In this document: positions 19,184 to 27,969 of the stretch, piece by piece
How the letters are laid out: each line of letters opens with the position of its first letter
How positions within the stretch are numbered: the first letter of the stretch is position 1
IMG/VR virus record: IMGVR_UViG_3300021375_000006
From: a virus
Taxonomy: Duplodnaviria; Caudoviricetes
Length of the DNA stretch: 64,000 nucleotides
Strand: one strand, 5' to 3'
Notes under the pieces: model-generated
Told to the model about the DNA's origin: nothing
The model's input: the letters and a program-made list of their open reading frames with translations, nothing else
The model's database searches: none
Translations under genes and position numbers: made by a program

Positions 19184-19244
19184 GTAGGTCATCGCTTAAC
19201 CTACGGTGAGTGTACCTTTCACCTTGTTCCCTCTCGGTACTACG
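19184..19244 (-). ncRNA. Structured inter-tRNA RNA, possible pseudoknot
   Basis: CC-GAGA-GG; GGTGA/TCACC; GTAGGTT/GACCTAC; 5' GTACC complementary to loop GGTAC. Confidence 0.5.
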
Positions 19245-19253
19245 ATTTTTTTG

Positions 19254-19327
19254 TGGAGAATAACGGAGTCGAACCGTTGACCTCCTGCGTGCAAGGCAGG
19301 CGCTCTAGCCAGCTGAGCTAATTCCCC
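19254..19327 (-). tRNA. tRNA-Ala(TGC), no encoded CCA
   Basis: GGGGAAT/ATTCTCC with G3:U70; CCTGC-CT TGC AC-GCAGG. Confidence 0.95.
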
Positions 19328-19333
19328 ATCGCA

Positions 19334-19645
19334 TTATTCTGCGTCAGGTACATAAACAGCTGCTCTGCCTTCTATGTCTGCCATTAAAGCTGTAACTTGG
19401 TCTTTTGTATAAGCTGATAACCACGCGCTATCATCTTGTTGTGTTACGCCATCAAAGACTTTACAATCAAATGCGTTGTAAGCATCTGCGCTAGCCTCTA
19501 CTGTTAATTCTGCTGCAGCTTCTGGATCTAGAGAAACTCTAGGTGGTCCTGCTGTTACATGAATTTGAAAAAAGTTATCAAAAACGTAATTTGATTCAAA
19601 TCCATTTTCTAAAGGTTTAAATACTAAGTCTGTAAACTGTGCCAT
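19334..19645 (-). CDS. Hypothetical protein within RNA array
   Basis: 103-aa ORF between ncRNA and tRNA-Ala. Confidence 0.6.
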   Translation of the reverse strand: MAQFTDLVFKPLENGFESNYVFDNFFQIHVTAGPPRVSLDPEAAAELTVEASADAYNAFDCKVFDGVTQQDDSAWLSAYTKDQVTALMADIEGRAAVYVPDAE

Positions 19646-19671
19646 AATTATATTAATTGTTTTTAATTTAA

Positions 19672-20073
19672 AAAAGAGGATCGTGTGCTAGAGTATACCA
19701 GCTCTAGAAGATCGTTCTATTGTATATATTACTGCATACCAACTAACTCTACTATTATTTCGAGTTCTACTCAAGATGGTTAATCTCGTTGTAGCGCCAC
19801 AATGGCTTTAGTTGTACCTTATCCCCTATAGAATAGGATTATTCGGTCACTAGGCAAGGCTTCCTCTCGGGTACTTGCAATGCTCTTCGTGAAATAGGTT
19901 TAGTTGTCTATTTCCCGATCTACCATCTTCTACTCTGTCGAGTCTCAATCACTCACTTTCGCAATTGAGCCGAAACTTGTTCGGTGTCAGATGTGCCTTA
20001 ACCCCTCTCACGTCAGGGTTTTTTCGGCCACACACTCACTCTCCGTCTGATCAGGAGTTCGAGTGCCTCTTTT
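19672..20073 (-). ncRNA. ~400-nt large structured ncRNA (GOLLD/ROOL-like context, family unassigned)
   Basis: Closed by AAAAGAGG/CCTCTTTT; >10 hairpins, several with GNRA loops; long-range AAGATGGT/ACCATCTT; no ORF in the track; boxA-like site just upstream. Confidence 0.75.
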
Positions 20074-20077
20074 AATA

Positions 20078-20088
20078 TGTTAAAGAAC
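20078..20088 (-). promoter_or_regulatory. boxA-like antitermination site
   Basis: GTTCTTTAACA versus consensus GCTCTTTAACA, 5 nt upstream of the large ncRNA. Confidence 0.6.
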
Positions 20089-20111
20089 TTTTATGCGAAT
20101 TGGGGTTTCGC

Positions 20112-20291
20112 TTACCCTTGCTTATTCTTGTTGCTTACGTAAACTCTTACGTCTTGTGCAACACCTTTGATAGTTTGCATTGCTTTACGTACTCTTGTAC
20201 CTGCAGCTTTGTTTCCCTTTTCGTCGAATTTTACCGCGTCATCTTGGATGCTTTCGATAGCTTCTGTAATTTGATTTAATAATTCTTGCAT
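20112..20291 (-). CDS. Hc1-type histone H1-like protein (59 aa, missed by track)
   Basis: Manual translation MQELLNQITEAIESIQDDAVKFDEKGNKAAGTRVRKAMQTIKGVAQDVRVYVSNKNKQG; EKGNKAAGTR.RK is the Bacteroidota Hc1 signature. Confidence 0.85.
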   Translation of the reverse strand: MQELLNQITEAIESIQDDAVKFDEKGNKAAGTRVRKAMQTIKGVAQDVRVYVSNKNKQG

Positions 20292-20346
20292 GTTTTGCTT
20301 TTTAAAATTTCTAATGTTTATACTTGGTTTATTGTATTTGTTTCAG

Positions 20347-20721
20347 TTATTCTGACTTTAAAGTATTATGTCTTCCGTTGAAACCGCCGTATTTTGTGTA
20401 TTCTTCATCTACCTCACCAATATCAAACCACTCAGTTGAGTACTTGTCTGTGGTTGATGAGTAAATATCCATGTCACCTTCAAATAGAAGTGATATTTGA
20501 TCTGCTAAATCTGTTTTATCTAAAGATTCTAATTGGTCACAGATGTCATACCAATCTTCATAATAGAGTTCTTGAATATACTCTACGAATTCTTGTTCTG
20601 ATTCAACATCTCCTTCATAAGGAAAATCTGGTAGATCTGTAAAATCTACAGGGTCTAGATCGACTGCGTCGTTAGCTTCCCAGTTCGTGTATTTTTCACA
20701 CTTTCTAATTTGAAATGCCAT
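20347..20721 (-). CDS. Acidic hypothetical protein
   Basis: 124-aa ORF. Confidence 0.6.
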   Translation of the reverse strand: MAFQIRKCEKYTNWEANDAVDLDPVDFTDLPDFPYEGDVESEQEFVEYIQELYYEDWYDICDQLESLDKTDLADQISLLFEGDMDIYSSTTDKYSTEWFDIGEVDEEYTKYGGFNGRHNTLKSE

Positions 20722-20766
20722 ATTTGTAATAATTTAGTAGTTATATGATATTGTTTTGTGATAGTT

Positions 20767-21123
20767 TCAAGCTAGGGTCTTAATAAAATGAAGTGTCCAA
20801 GCAATTAGTCCATTTAATTGTAGAGCTACTAGGTTCCATTGCTTTCTAAAAGTAACTTGAATTAGGACAAAGATAAATCCTAAGATAAAGAGAATAGGTT
20901 CTACAGTCCATTGACCTGCCATTAAGAATCCAGCACCCATATAACCTACTCGGCTTGCCATTCTCTCTGCTGGGCTTAATTTCTTTTGTTGTACTAGGTA
21001 TCTTAAGAAAGATCTCCACCAACGATACTCACATGATTTGCAAGTCTTCTTCTGATCATGTTTGAACTTCGATGTGGGTAATTTCTTACCACACTTGTTG
21101 CATTTCCTACCACTCATTCTCAT
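20767..21123 (-). CDS. Membrane protein with N-terminal CxxC...CxxC finger
   Basis: CNKC/CKSC followed by hydrophobic helices. Confidence 0.6.
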   Translation of the reverse strand: MRMSGRKCNKCGKKLPTSKFKHDQKKTCKSCEYRWWRSFLRYLVQQKKLSPAERMASRVGYMGAGFLMAGQWTVEPILFILGFIFVLIQVTFRKQWNLVALQLNGLIAWTLHFIKTLA

Positions 21124-21217
21124 TAAAATATCAGCCGTAATATATTTGACCAGATGAAATATGTAATCGTTAAAATTGCAGACCAGGCGATAATCTTAGC
21201 CCAATTGTACCTTTTCA

Positions 21218-21409
21218 TTACTCAAGATTTTGTCTAATGTTTTCTAATTGTAAGACTATTTTATCATAACAGTCTTTACATAACTGCCCCGCACCTTCAA
21301 TATAGTAGTCTCGGTATTCAATAGAAGTATCGTGAGAATATTTAGTTTCAGCTTCACATGAAATGCAAAGGTCTTTATTGTTCTCACTTACATATAATTT
21401 TTCTGCCAT
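21218..21409 (-). CDS. Small zinc-binding hypothetical protein
   Basis: CISC...YIEGAGQLCKDCY. Confidence 0.65.
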   Translation of the reverse strand: MAEKLYVSENNKDLCISCEAETKYSHDTSIEYRDYYIEGAGQLCKDCYDKIVLQLENIRQNLE

Positions 21410-21458
21410 AATGCTAAACTTTAAGTATTATACTTTTAATTTTTAAAAAGTTTATTTA

Positions 21459-21953
21459 TTAATCCCACCAATGTTGGATATTATGTTCTATGTATCTCCA
21501 TAATATTTTATGTGCTCGAGCCTGTTTTGCTCTAGACTCCCACATTAGTGCATTCTTTTCTCCATCGATTAAATTAATATCTGCTTCTGTATAGTCTTCC
21601 TCCCACTTTTCAACCATTGAGTAATATGGATCTCCGTTTTTATCTAGACTATCTAGCTCTTCAAATTCAAAAGAGGATTTACCATACTTTTCCTCCATTT
21701 GTTTAATATACTCAAATGCATATTCTTCATCATAAACCCTTTCCATTAACTCTACTGCGGTGCGAATTCTTGAGGCTGTTTGTTTTCTATTTAGTGAGCG
21801 CCCTCTATGTTCAATCTCATGTGCAGTTCTTTTTAACTGATGTTGAAATAATTCTATAGCATAGTGATAATCCCAATCATAACCTTTCCAGATAATAGGT
21901 AAGAAATCTGCCACTCTTTTAATTTGTCTCCACTTTCTTTTAAACCAATACAT
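21459..21953 (-). CDS. Hypothetical phage protein
   Basis: PIIWKGYDWDY...IEHNIQHWWD pattern. Confidence 0.65.
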   Translation of the reverse strand: MYWFKRKWRQIKRVADFLPIIWKGYDWDYHYAIELFQHQLKRTAHEIEHRGRSLNRKQTASRIRTAVELMERVYDEEYAFEYIKQMEEKYGKSSFEFEELDSLDKNGDPYYSMVEKWEEDYTEADINLIDGEKNALMWESRAKQARAHKILWRYIEHNIQHWWD

Positions 21954-21954
21954 A

Positions 21955-22164
21955 CTAATATTTTGTTGCTATTTTTTGATATGCTGCAAAAAGATGGTCC
22001 GCTGCCTTCTCTACTTCACCTCTTGCTTCCTTCTCTATTTTTAATACTGGGTGTTGAATTAAAGTTTCATCAATTAAACCTAATACTATATTTAAAGTAT
22101 GTACTACCTCATGATAATGAAAATCATCTAATTCTAAGTCTCCTATTTTTTTCTTGCTACTCAC
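21955..22164 (-). CDS. Hypothetical protein
   Basis: DDFHYHEVVH ORF in operon. Confidence 0.55.
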   Translation of the reverse strand: MSSKKKIGDLELDDFHYHEVVHTLNIVLGLIDETLIQHPVLKIEKEARGEVEKAADHLFAAYQKIATKY

Positions 22165-23992
22165 TTTTAATCCACATTTTATTATTAATAACTAATACGT
22201 CTACATCAGATTCTTGGAATAGTCTCATGGCATCCTCTGGGGTTTCTACTATTGGTTCTCCTTTTACATTTAAAGATGTATTTATTACTATAGGAATACC
22301 TGATATACTTTCAAATCTCTCAATTAGCTCATATAGTTTAGAATTGTGCCCTTTAGTTAGAGTCTGTACTCTAGCAGTATTATCAATATGAACTGCTGAT
22401 GGAATTTCAAATGGCCTCTTACATGGAACTGTATGTAACATAAAAGGTGAGTCAAAATCCATAACAAACCAGTCTTGTGCTTTTTCTTGTAATACAATTG
22501 GAGCAAATGGCCTATACCACTCTCTAAATTTAACTCTAGAATTTAGTATGTCCTTCATTTCTGGATTTTTAGGTGATGTGATAAAAGATCTATGCCCTAA
22601 TGCTCTAGGACCATTTTCAGATCTACCATCAAACCAACATATAATTTTATCTTCATTTAACTGCTCAGCAATAAAATCTAAATCTAATGGTTGACTGCCT
22701 TCAAGATAACTATCATCCCATGTTAATCCTGTATATGCTAACTCAGATGTACTATAATCTTGTCGAGGTACACCTAGTGTATAATGTAAATACCAAAGGG
22801 CTCCTCCTGCAGATGTGCCATCGTCTCCACATGCTGGGAACATGTGCATTTTATCAAAATCAGTTTCTGTATGAATTTTATAGTTTGCGTTACAATTTAA
22901 GAATGTACCACCGGCAACGCACAGATTTCCATCATTAAATTTTTCAGTCTCTTCATATAGATCTTGTGTATATTTTACTAAAGATCTCTCTGTAATAAAT
23001 TGAATAGTGGCTGCAATATCCATAGCCTCTTGTGTGGTTGACTCTTCTTTAAGAAAGGGGAATTGCCACATTCTATTAAAAGAATTGTGGCCTGGTTCTT
23101 CTGCTAATACCTCTGGTCTTTGTTGCCTTTTTTCTAATGGGAACCTACCACTTATTTGAGAGAATAACCAGTCAATATATCTCCACTCTTCTCGCTCTAT
23201 TTTCCTATTGAATTGAGGTTCTGTCCACTCTTCCCACTTATCATAGGCTTCTCTTTTTATTCTACCGTATGCTGCTAATCCCATTAAAGTCCCTGCCTTT
23301 AATGTACCTGGACCTATTCCTAAATATTCTGTCGCAACATCATAAAAATTGCCTAGCATATAGCCTGGATTTCTAAAGAAGTGTAATTGAGTATCATCAC
23401 CTACCCAATATCCACTACAGGCTAAATCGTGGTGCATAGATGCGTCTACTGTAAAAATAGAAGCCTTGTTAAAATTAGAAGTAAAAAATGCAGAAGCTGC
23501 GTGTGCTGCATGGTGGTCTACAAAATGACCGTTAAAAGTTTTATCTACACCGTCTATTCTAATATTAAGTGCAAAACCTTTCGCTAAGTTAATATCTTCA
23601 GATCCGTATGGTAATAATGTTCTTTGTATTAGATTAGGTAGTGTGAATCCCCATTCTGTTTTCTCAGGCCTAGGCTCTCCTTCAATATGATTTAAAATAG
23701 GAGTTTCGGCAGACCAACTACCAAATGTAGTTAATGGGTATCTAGTATCATAGGGAGAGTATATTGACATCCAAGGCGCTAGTTCTTTTACCCAAGCAGT
23801 TAATGTAATAAAGTCAATATCTTCTAGTTTAACATCCCAGCCATTTAAAAAGAACTCTAATTGTTCTTTAGTAATGTACATGTCTTTTTTAATTCTAGAT
23901 AAACGTTCTACTGAAGTTGTAGCTACAAGCTTATCATCTTTTATTAAAGAAATAGCAGCATCGTGGCCTAAATGAATTCCAACTATAATCAT
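22157..23992 (-). CDS. Carbamoyltransferase (NodU/CmcH family)
   Basis: GHDAA, ERLSRIKK, DHHAAHAASAF, MGLAAYG, AGGTFLNC.AN, GPRALGHRS, REWYRPFAP, HIDNTARVQT, NTSLNVKGEPIV. Confidence 0.95.
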   Translation of the reverse strand: MIIVGIHLGHDAAISLIKDDKLVATTSVERLSRIKKDMYITKEQLEFFLNGWDVKLEDIDFITLTAWVKELAPWMSIYSPYDTRYPLTTFGSWSAETPILNHIEGEPRPEKTEWGFTLPNLIQRTLLPYGSEDINLAKGFALNIRIDGVDKTFNGHFVDHHAAHAASAFFTSNFNKASIFTVDASMHHDLACSGYWVGDDTQLHFFRNPGYMLGNFYDVATEYLGIGPGTLKAGTLMGLAAYGRIKREAYDKWEEWTEPQFNRKIEREEWRYIDWLFSQISGRFPLEKRQQRPEVLAEEPGHNSFNRMWQFPFLKEESTTQEAMDIAATIQFITERSLVKYTQDLYEETEKFNDGNLCVAGGTFLNCNANYKIHTETDFDKMHMFPACGDDGTSAGGALWYLHYTLGVPRQDYSTSELAYTGLTWDDSYLEGSQPLDLDFIAEQLNEDKIICWFDGRSENGPRALGHRSFITSPKNPEMKDILNSRVKFREWYRPFAPIVLQEKAQDWFVMDFDSPFMLHTVPCKRPFEIPSAVHIDNTARVQTLTKGHNSKLYELIERFESISGIPIVINTSLNVKGEPIVETPEDAMRLFQESDVDVLVINNKMWIKSE

Positions 23993-24028
23993 ATTTCAAT
24001 TTTACTTTATTGTAATATTAATAATATG

Positions 24029-24058
24029 AAAAAAGTGGAGTTTGTTTACTCCACTTTT
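24029..24058. terminator. Intrinsic terminator (bidirectional-type)
   Basis: AAAAAAGTGGAG-TTTGTTTA-CTCCACTTTT. Confidence 0.75.
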
Positions 24059-24061
24059 AAA

Positions 24062-24250
24062 TTAATTTGCCTTCCAGACTAATAGTAGACTTTCTAGTTG
24101 TTTTTCGTCTAAGTCATAGAGTCTTACGGAATTGCAAGGTACATCTTTCATTCTAAAAAGATGCTCAATATCTAAAATTAGTTTTGCTTTATAGTTTAAA
24201 GAGTCTAGTAGATTTTGTTCTACTTCGTTTAGTTTTGTAGTATTTGCCAT
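24062..24250 (-). CDS. Hypothetical protein
   Basis: 62-aa ORF. Confidence 0.5.
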   Translation of the reverse strand: MANTTKLNEVEQNLLDSLNYKAKLILDIEHLFRMKDVPCNSVRLYDLDEKQLESLLLVWKAN

Positions 24251-24252
24251 AA

Positions 24253-24477
24253 TTAAAAGGGTAATTCTTCGTTTCTTAGTTTTTCGTACTTTAATTCCTT
24301 AATATCTACTTCTTGTACGTTTAGGGAAGCAAAAGGTGTTCTATGTAATTTAGTGACATCCCATTGTTGATTTGGGTGCAACATATTCTGGTTTCTTGCA
24401 ATAAGTTCTGCCTTAGAGTAAGCGTGTTTATCGTTATCTCCTTCGACATAAACTTCAAAAGTTACTGTGTATCTCAT
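24253..24477 (-). CDS. Hypothetical protein
   Basis: 74-aa ORF. Confidence 0.55.
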   Translation of the reverse strand: MRYTVTFEVYVEGDNDKHAYSKAELIARNQNMLHPNQQWDVTKLHRTPFASLNVQEVDIKELKYEKLRNEELPF

Positions 24478-24602
24478 TAGTTTATCATTTTTAAAAGGTT
24501 AGAAATAAGTAGTGTCATGTAGAGTCCGAATGCCGTGATAAGCACAATATCTACACTGTCGATTTTTTTGATTATGGTTTTTATTTTGTTCATATATTTA
24601 AT

Positions 24603-25898
24603 TTAAAAAGTTCTTACTCCGTCGTAAACTGCTTTAATAACTGGGAACCTCAATGAGTATTCTCCTGACTTGCTTTGAGATTCTTCAAAGTATTGTACGG
24701 TAATCTGCTTCCCTAGAATCTCGTTAGGGTTAGCGAAGTAATAGCGTCTCTGTTCGTGACTAAAGCCACTACCGACGCGTACCTGATTTCCTTTATGTTC
24801 GATGATAACATTCTTTAGCATCAGTTCCTCGACCTCTGCACCATCGACAATAACTCTATGGACGTCATTCTCAAGATCGACTACAATATACTCATCGTCA
24901 AACATTTGTTTTACTTTCAAGATCTCATCAGATCTTTTACCCTTATAGGCTGCATCTTTACGAAGCATTAGGCCTTCCCAGCCATTAGCTTTAGATTCTG
25001 CCATCATCTCCGAGAAGATCTGATCGTTACAGATTTGTTGCGGTAAAACTCCGATTAGTGTTAGACCCTTACCTAGACTCAAATCAAGTAGATCTGTAAT
25101 TCTTTGGCCGAATGTAACCTCTGAAGTTTTAGAGTTGAAATCTTCCATTGACAACATGTCAAACATCCAGTAGTATGGTTTTACAATAGTATGGTCTTTA
25201 CGTTTGATTTCTTTAATGATACCAGCAAAGTCTTCGTTACCATTCTGGTCTACGATACAAACTTCGCCATCAAGAACTGTATTCTTTAAACCAAGTGCTT
25301 TAATATCTAGTTTCAGATGATCAAGTGTCAAGAATTCTTTACCTTGACGTGAGAAGAACTTAGGCTCTCCGGAGGCATCAATAACTGTAAGACATCTTAC
25401 ACCATCCAGTTTTCTTGAGACGAACCAACGATCTTCCCAGTTAACTTTCTTTTGAGTCTTCTCATCAAATGCTTTGGCAAGTGCCACATCAAATGTAGGA
25501 ATAAGTCCTGGTTTTACCTTGTTAATCATAGAAGCAGTTGACCTAGTCTTTAGGTTTCTGTCAATGATGTTAAAAATAAGATCTTTGTAAATATAGTTCT
25601 CATGTACAAATCTATTCACGTTAGCGATTGCTGCGTGACCTGTACAAACTCTATTATTCAGATCATCTAGTAAAGTAAAAATACTTCCATAAGTATTAGG
25701 ATGTCCCATGAGATCTGAATTCTTCTTGCAGTTAGCAGAAGTAACACCATATTGTTTGTAGGTGTCATAAGTATAATTAAGTGCTTTACATACTGACTCG
25801 TATTGAGTATATGTTTTTAGCACTTCTAATTTGTCTGAGTTAGAGTTCGTAGCATTTGATGCTTCGACGAAATCTGAAATAAGTTGAAAATCTGTCAT
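24603..25898 (-). CDS. ATP-dependent DNA ligase
   Basis: SRKLDGVR (KxDG), LDGEVC, WEGLMLR, LKVK, VGSGFS, LRFPV. Confidence 0.95.
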   Translation of the reverse strand: MTDFQLISDFVEASNATNSNSDKLEVLKTYTQYESVCKALNYTYDTYKQYGVTSANCKKNSDLMGHPNTYGSIFTLLDDLNNRVCTGHAAIANVNRFVHENYIYKDLIFNIIDRNLKTRSTASMINKVKPGLIPTFDVALAKAFDEKTQKKVNWEDRWFVSRKLDGVRCLTVIDASGEPKFFSRQGKEFLTLDHLKLDIKALGLKNTVLDGEVCIVDQNGNEDFAGIIKEIKRKDHTIVKPYYWMFDMLSMEDFNSKTSEVTFGQRITDLLDLSLGKGLTLIGVLPQQICNDQIFSEMMAESKANGWEGLMLRKDAAYKGKRSDEILKVKQMFDDEYIVVDLENDVHRVIVDGAEVEELMLKNVIIEHKGNQVRVGSGFSHEQRRYYFANPNEILGKQITVQYFEESQSKSGEYSLRFPVIKAVYDGVRTF

Positions 25899-25904
25899 AT
25901 TATA

Positions 25905-26288
25905 TTATATAAAAAGTTTGTAATCTTGTTCCGACGCGATAGCTTCTAACTCAAATGGATGTGTGTCATATTCATAACCGTCGTCATAGAGTCTTTTCAT
26001 TTCTTCACCGTCTTGTAAATAATGTGTGTATTCATGTAGAAGAGACTCGATAACCCATTGTTTACTTTTAGCCTCTGGCCAGTAAACCCAAATAGTGTTA
26101 GACTCTCTTTCGAATTCTGCATGTGGACTACATTCACCTTCTGCATCTTCTTCGCCAGTTAATCTAGCGTAGATGTTATGATGTAGCTTAACTTCTGGAA
26201 ATTCACTGTGATATTTAGAAATACCGTAGTGTTCTTTTACCTTTGGGTAAACTTCGTCGATGATATGTTTTACTTTGTTCTTGTCCAT
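25905..26288 (-). CDS. HExxH zinc metallopeptidase-like protein
   Basis: LLHEYTHYLQ...HPFELEA. Confidence 0.75.
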   Translation of the reverse strand: MDKNKVKHIIDEVYPKVKEHYGISKYHSEFPEVKLHHNIYARLTGEEDAEGECSPHAEFERESNTIWVYWPEAKSKQWVIESLLHEYTHYLQDGEEMKRLYDDGYEYDTHPFELEAIASEQDYKLFI

Positions 26289-26290
26289 AA

Positions 26291-26350
26291 TTACAGTACT
26301 AATATAATCAATTTTTCTGACATAAAAAAATGTTTTGGCAATTATTTTGC
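26291..26350 (-). promoter_or_regulatory. Early-type promoter motif, copy 2
   Basis: Same motif as 18320; directly upstream of ATG at 26288 and just after a terminator. Confidence 0.75.
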
Positions 26351-26380
26351 AAAAAAAAAGCCCAGCGTTAACTGGGCTTT
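26351..26380 (-). terminator. Intrinsic terminator
   Basis: Minus strand AAAGCCCAG-TTAACG-CTGGGC followed by a long T run. Confidence 0.85.
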
Positions 26381-26401
26381 AAAATTGTGATTAGCTTAGT
26401 A

Positions 26402-26626
26402 TTACTTCTTGTCGAATACTTTCCACAGGATAAGTAAAGCAACTAAGCCAACGAATCCGCCATCACCAAGAGATTTTACAATCTCCATAACATTTCCTAC
26501 AACATTAGTTCCGAAAACACCTACGCCGAATACTACTTCAACTAAAATGCTAAGTGAAACAAATGATACTAGGATTGTAGATAGGCCACCTAAAAAGTCG
26601 CCTACTTTTCCAAATATGTCTTTCAT
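26402..26626 (-). CDS. Small two/three-TM membrane protein
   Basis: Hydrophobic, GGFVGLVALLIL. Confidence 0.65.
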   Translation of the reverse strand: MKDIFGKVGDFLGGLSTILVSFVSLSILVEVVFGVGVFGTNVVGNVMEIVKSLGDGGFVGLVALLILWKVFDKK

Positions 26627-26669
26627 GATTTTGTGATTTATTTAAAGCCCCGTCCCCCGAGTCTCTAAA

Positions 26670-26918
26670 TTACGCTTCTCCTTCTGAGTCTTTTTTCTTA
26701 CCGAAGATTTTATCAGCAGATGCTAACCCTAAACCACCAATACAAATTGCTGCAACAGCATTTACAATTGTAGGTTCTACTGGGTACTCGGTATAAAGGT
26801 TAATCATTAAAGCAGCACATAAAGTAATACCGCTTAATATTCCGATAAACCTTTTAGATGAAGGTGTTCCTTTCTCGTCTTTCAGAAGTCCTGAAAGCCA
26901 GTTGATTATCTTTTTCAT
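26670..26918 (-). CDS. Two-TM membrane protein, holin-like
   Basis: GTPSSKRF then two TM helices and charged C-terminus; adjacent to a lysin-like gene. Confidence 0.55.
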   Translation of the reverse strand: MKKIINWLSGLLKDEKGTPSSKRFIGILSGITLCAALMINLYTEYPVEPTIVNAVAAICIGGLGLASADKIFGKKKDSEGEA

Positions 26919-26965
26919 TTAGGCTAGATATATTTTTTAAGGTTTCCCCTGTTATCTATATATCT

Positions 26966-27577
26966 TTAAGAAATGTCATTCGAGTTGATTAGAGTATATG
27001 TGAACGAATTGCTCCATCTATCTCTAGCCTTATACATTACATTCATAAAATCGTAGAAATCATCTTCTTTCGAGAATACTTGACATCCAGCTGACCATTT
27101 GTCAACTTGAACTGAGCCACTTTTCCATGAACCAGCCTTATGGATATTAATACCATAAACACCCTCATGTACATTCTCTTCAATTAAATCATACTCATCA
27201 TCCATGTTTTTGTCTCTGTAAACTTTTACAGGACCCTTTTGACATAGAGCTTCATATTTACCTTGATGTTTTCTAATCATGTGTGAGCCTCTGTATTGAC
27301 CCTCTTTTAAAATAGCAACGCCATCTTTGTTTAATAAGTGTTCTGCCCAATACTTGCCTGGATCGGTAGTACATTTCCAGCAGTTAAAATGCCAATTGCC
27401 GCTATCATCTTTATATGAGATAGTCATACAATCGTCAAATTTGTTTGTAATTTCATCGCCAGTCGCTGCATTTCTCACTCCTACGATGTTTACGTTGTAG
27501 GCACCATTGTGAAAATACTTATGTCCTAAGCTTTCCATTGCTTTTTCAATTTGTTCTCTTGTGTAGCAAGTTTCCAT
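26966..27577 (-). CDS. Peptidoglycan-active enzyme with YkuD/L,D-transpeptidase-like His-Ser-Gly-Cys motif
   Basis: YNVNIVGVR, GINIHKA...WSAGCQV, FTYTL. Confidence 0.7.
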   Translation of the reverse strand: METCYTREQIEKAMESLGHKYFHNGAYNVNIVGVRNAATGDEITNKFDDCMTISYKDDSGNWHFNCWKCTTDPGKYWAEHLLNKDGVAILKEGQYRGSHMIRKHQGKYEALCQKGPVKVYRDKNMDDEYDLIEENVHEGVYGINIHKAGSWKSGSVQVDKWSAGCQVFSKEDDFYDFMNVMYKARDRWSNSFTYTLINSNDIS

Positions 27578-27579
27578 AA

Positions 27580-27942
27580 TTATTGTGTTTGATTTTGTTT
27601 AGCTCTAGCCTCTTTACAGTCTTCACATTGGCATAAATTAGGATCTGCTATAGTGGCCGGTTTATTATTTATTGGTTTTGGATTTACAGCATCTATTTTA
27701 TCTAAAAGCTGTTTATCTGCAGTATGGTCTTTAAACCAAAAGTCAATTACTTTACTAAAACCACCAATTAAGGCACCTAGTAATAACATTAGAACTTCTT
27801 TCCAGTCCGTATCTAGTTTATGATCGCCTAACATTGCATGTTCGATACCTATTAGAACTAGTAGAAAAGATGCTACAATTACGATACTGAGGAAAGTTCT
27901 ACCCCAAAATTCTTTCTTAATTATACTTACAAATGGATTCAT
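27580..27942 (-). CDS. Two-TM membrane protein
   Basis: EVLMLLLGALIGGFSKVIDFWF, holin-like segment. Confidence 0.6.
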   Translation of the reverse strand: MNPFVSIIKKEFWGRTFLSIVIVASFLLVLIGIEHAMLGDHKLDTDWKEVLMLLLGALIGGFSKVIDFWFKDHTADKQLLDKIDAVNPKPINNKPATIADPNLCQCEDCKEARAKQNQTQ

Positions 27943-27969
27943 AATATAAGGTTATATTATTATATATCT

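Noticed and set aside
19672-20073. RNase P RNA, tmRNA or group I/II intron identity for the large RNA
   Set aside because: Lacks GAGGAAAGUCC/P4, tRNA-like ends, and recognisable catalytic cores or flanking exons
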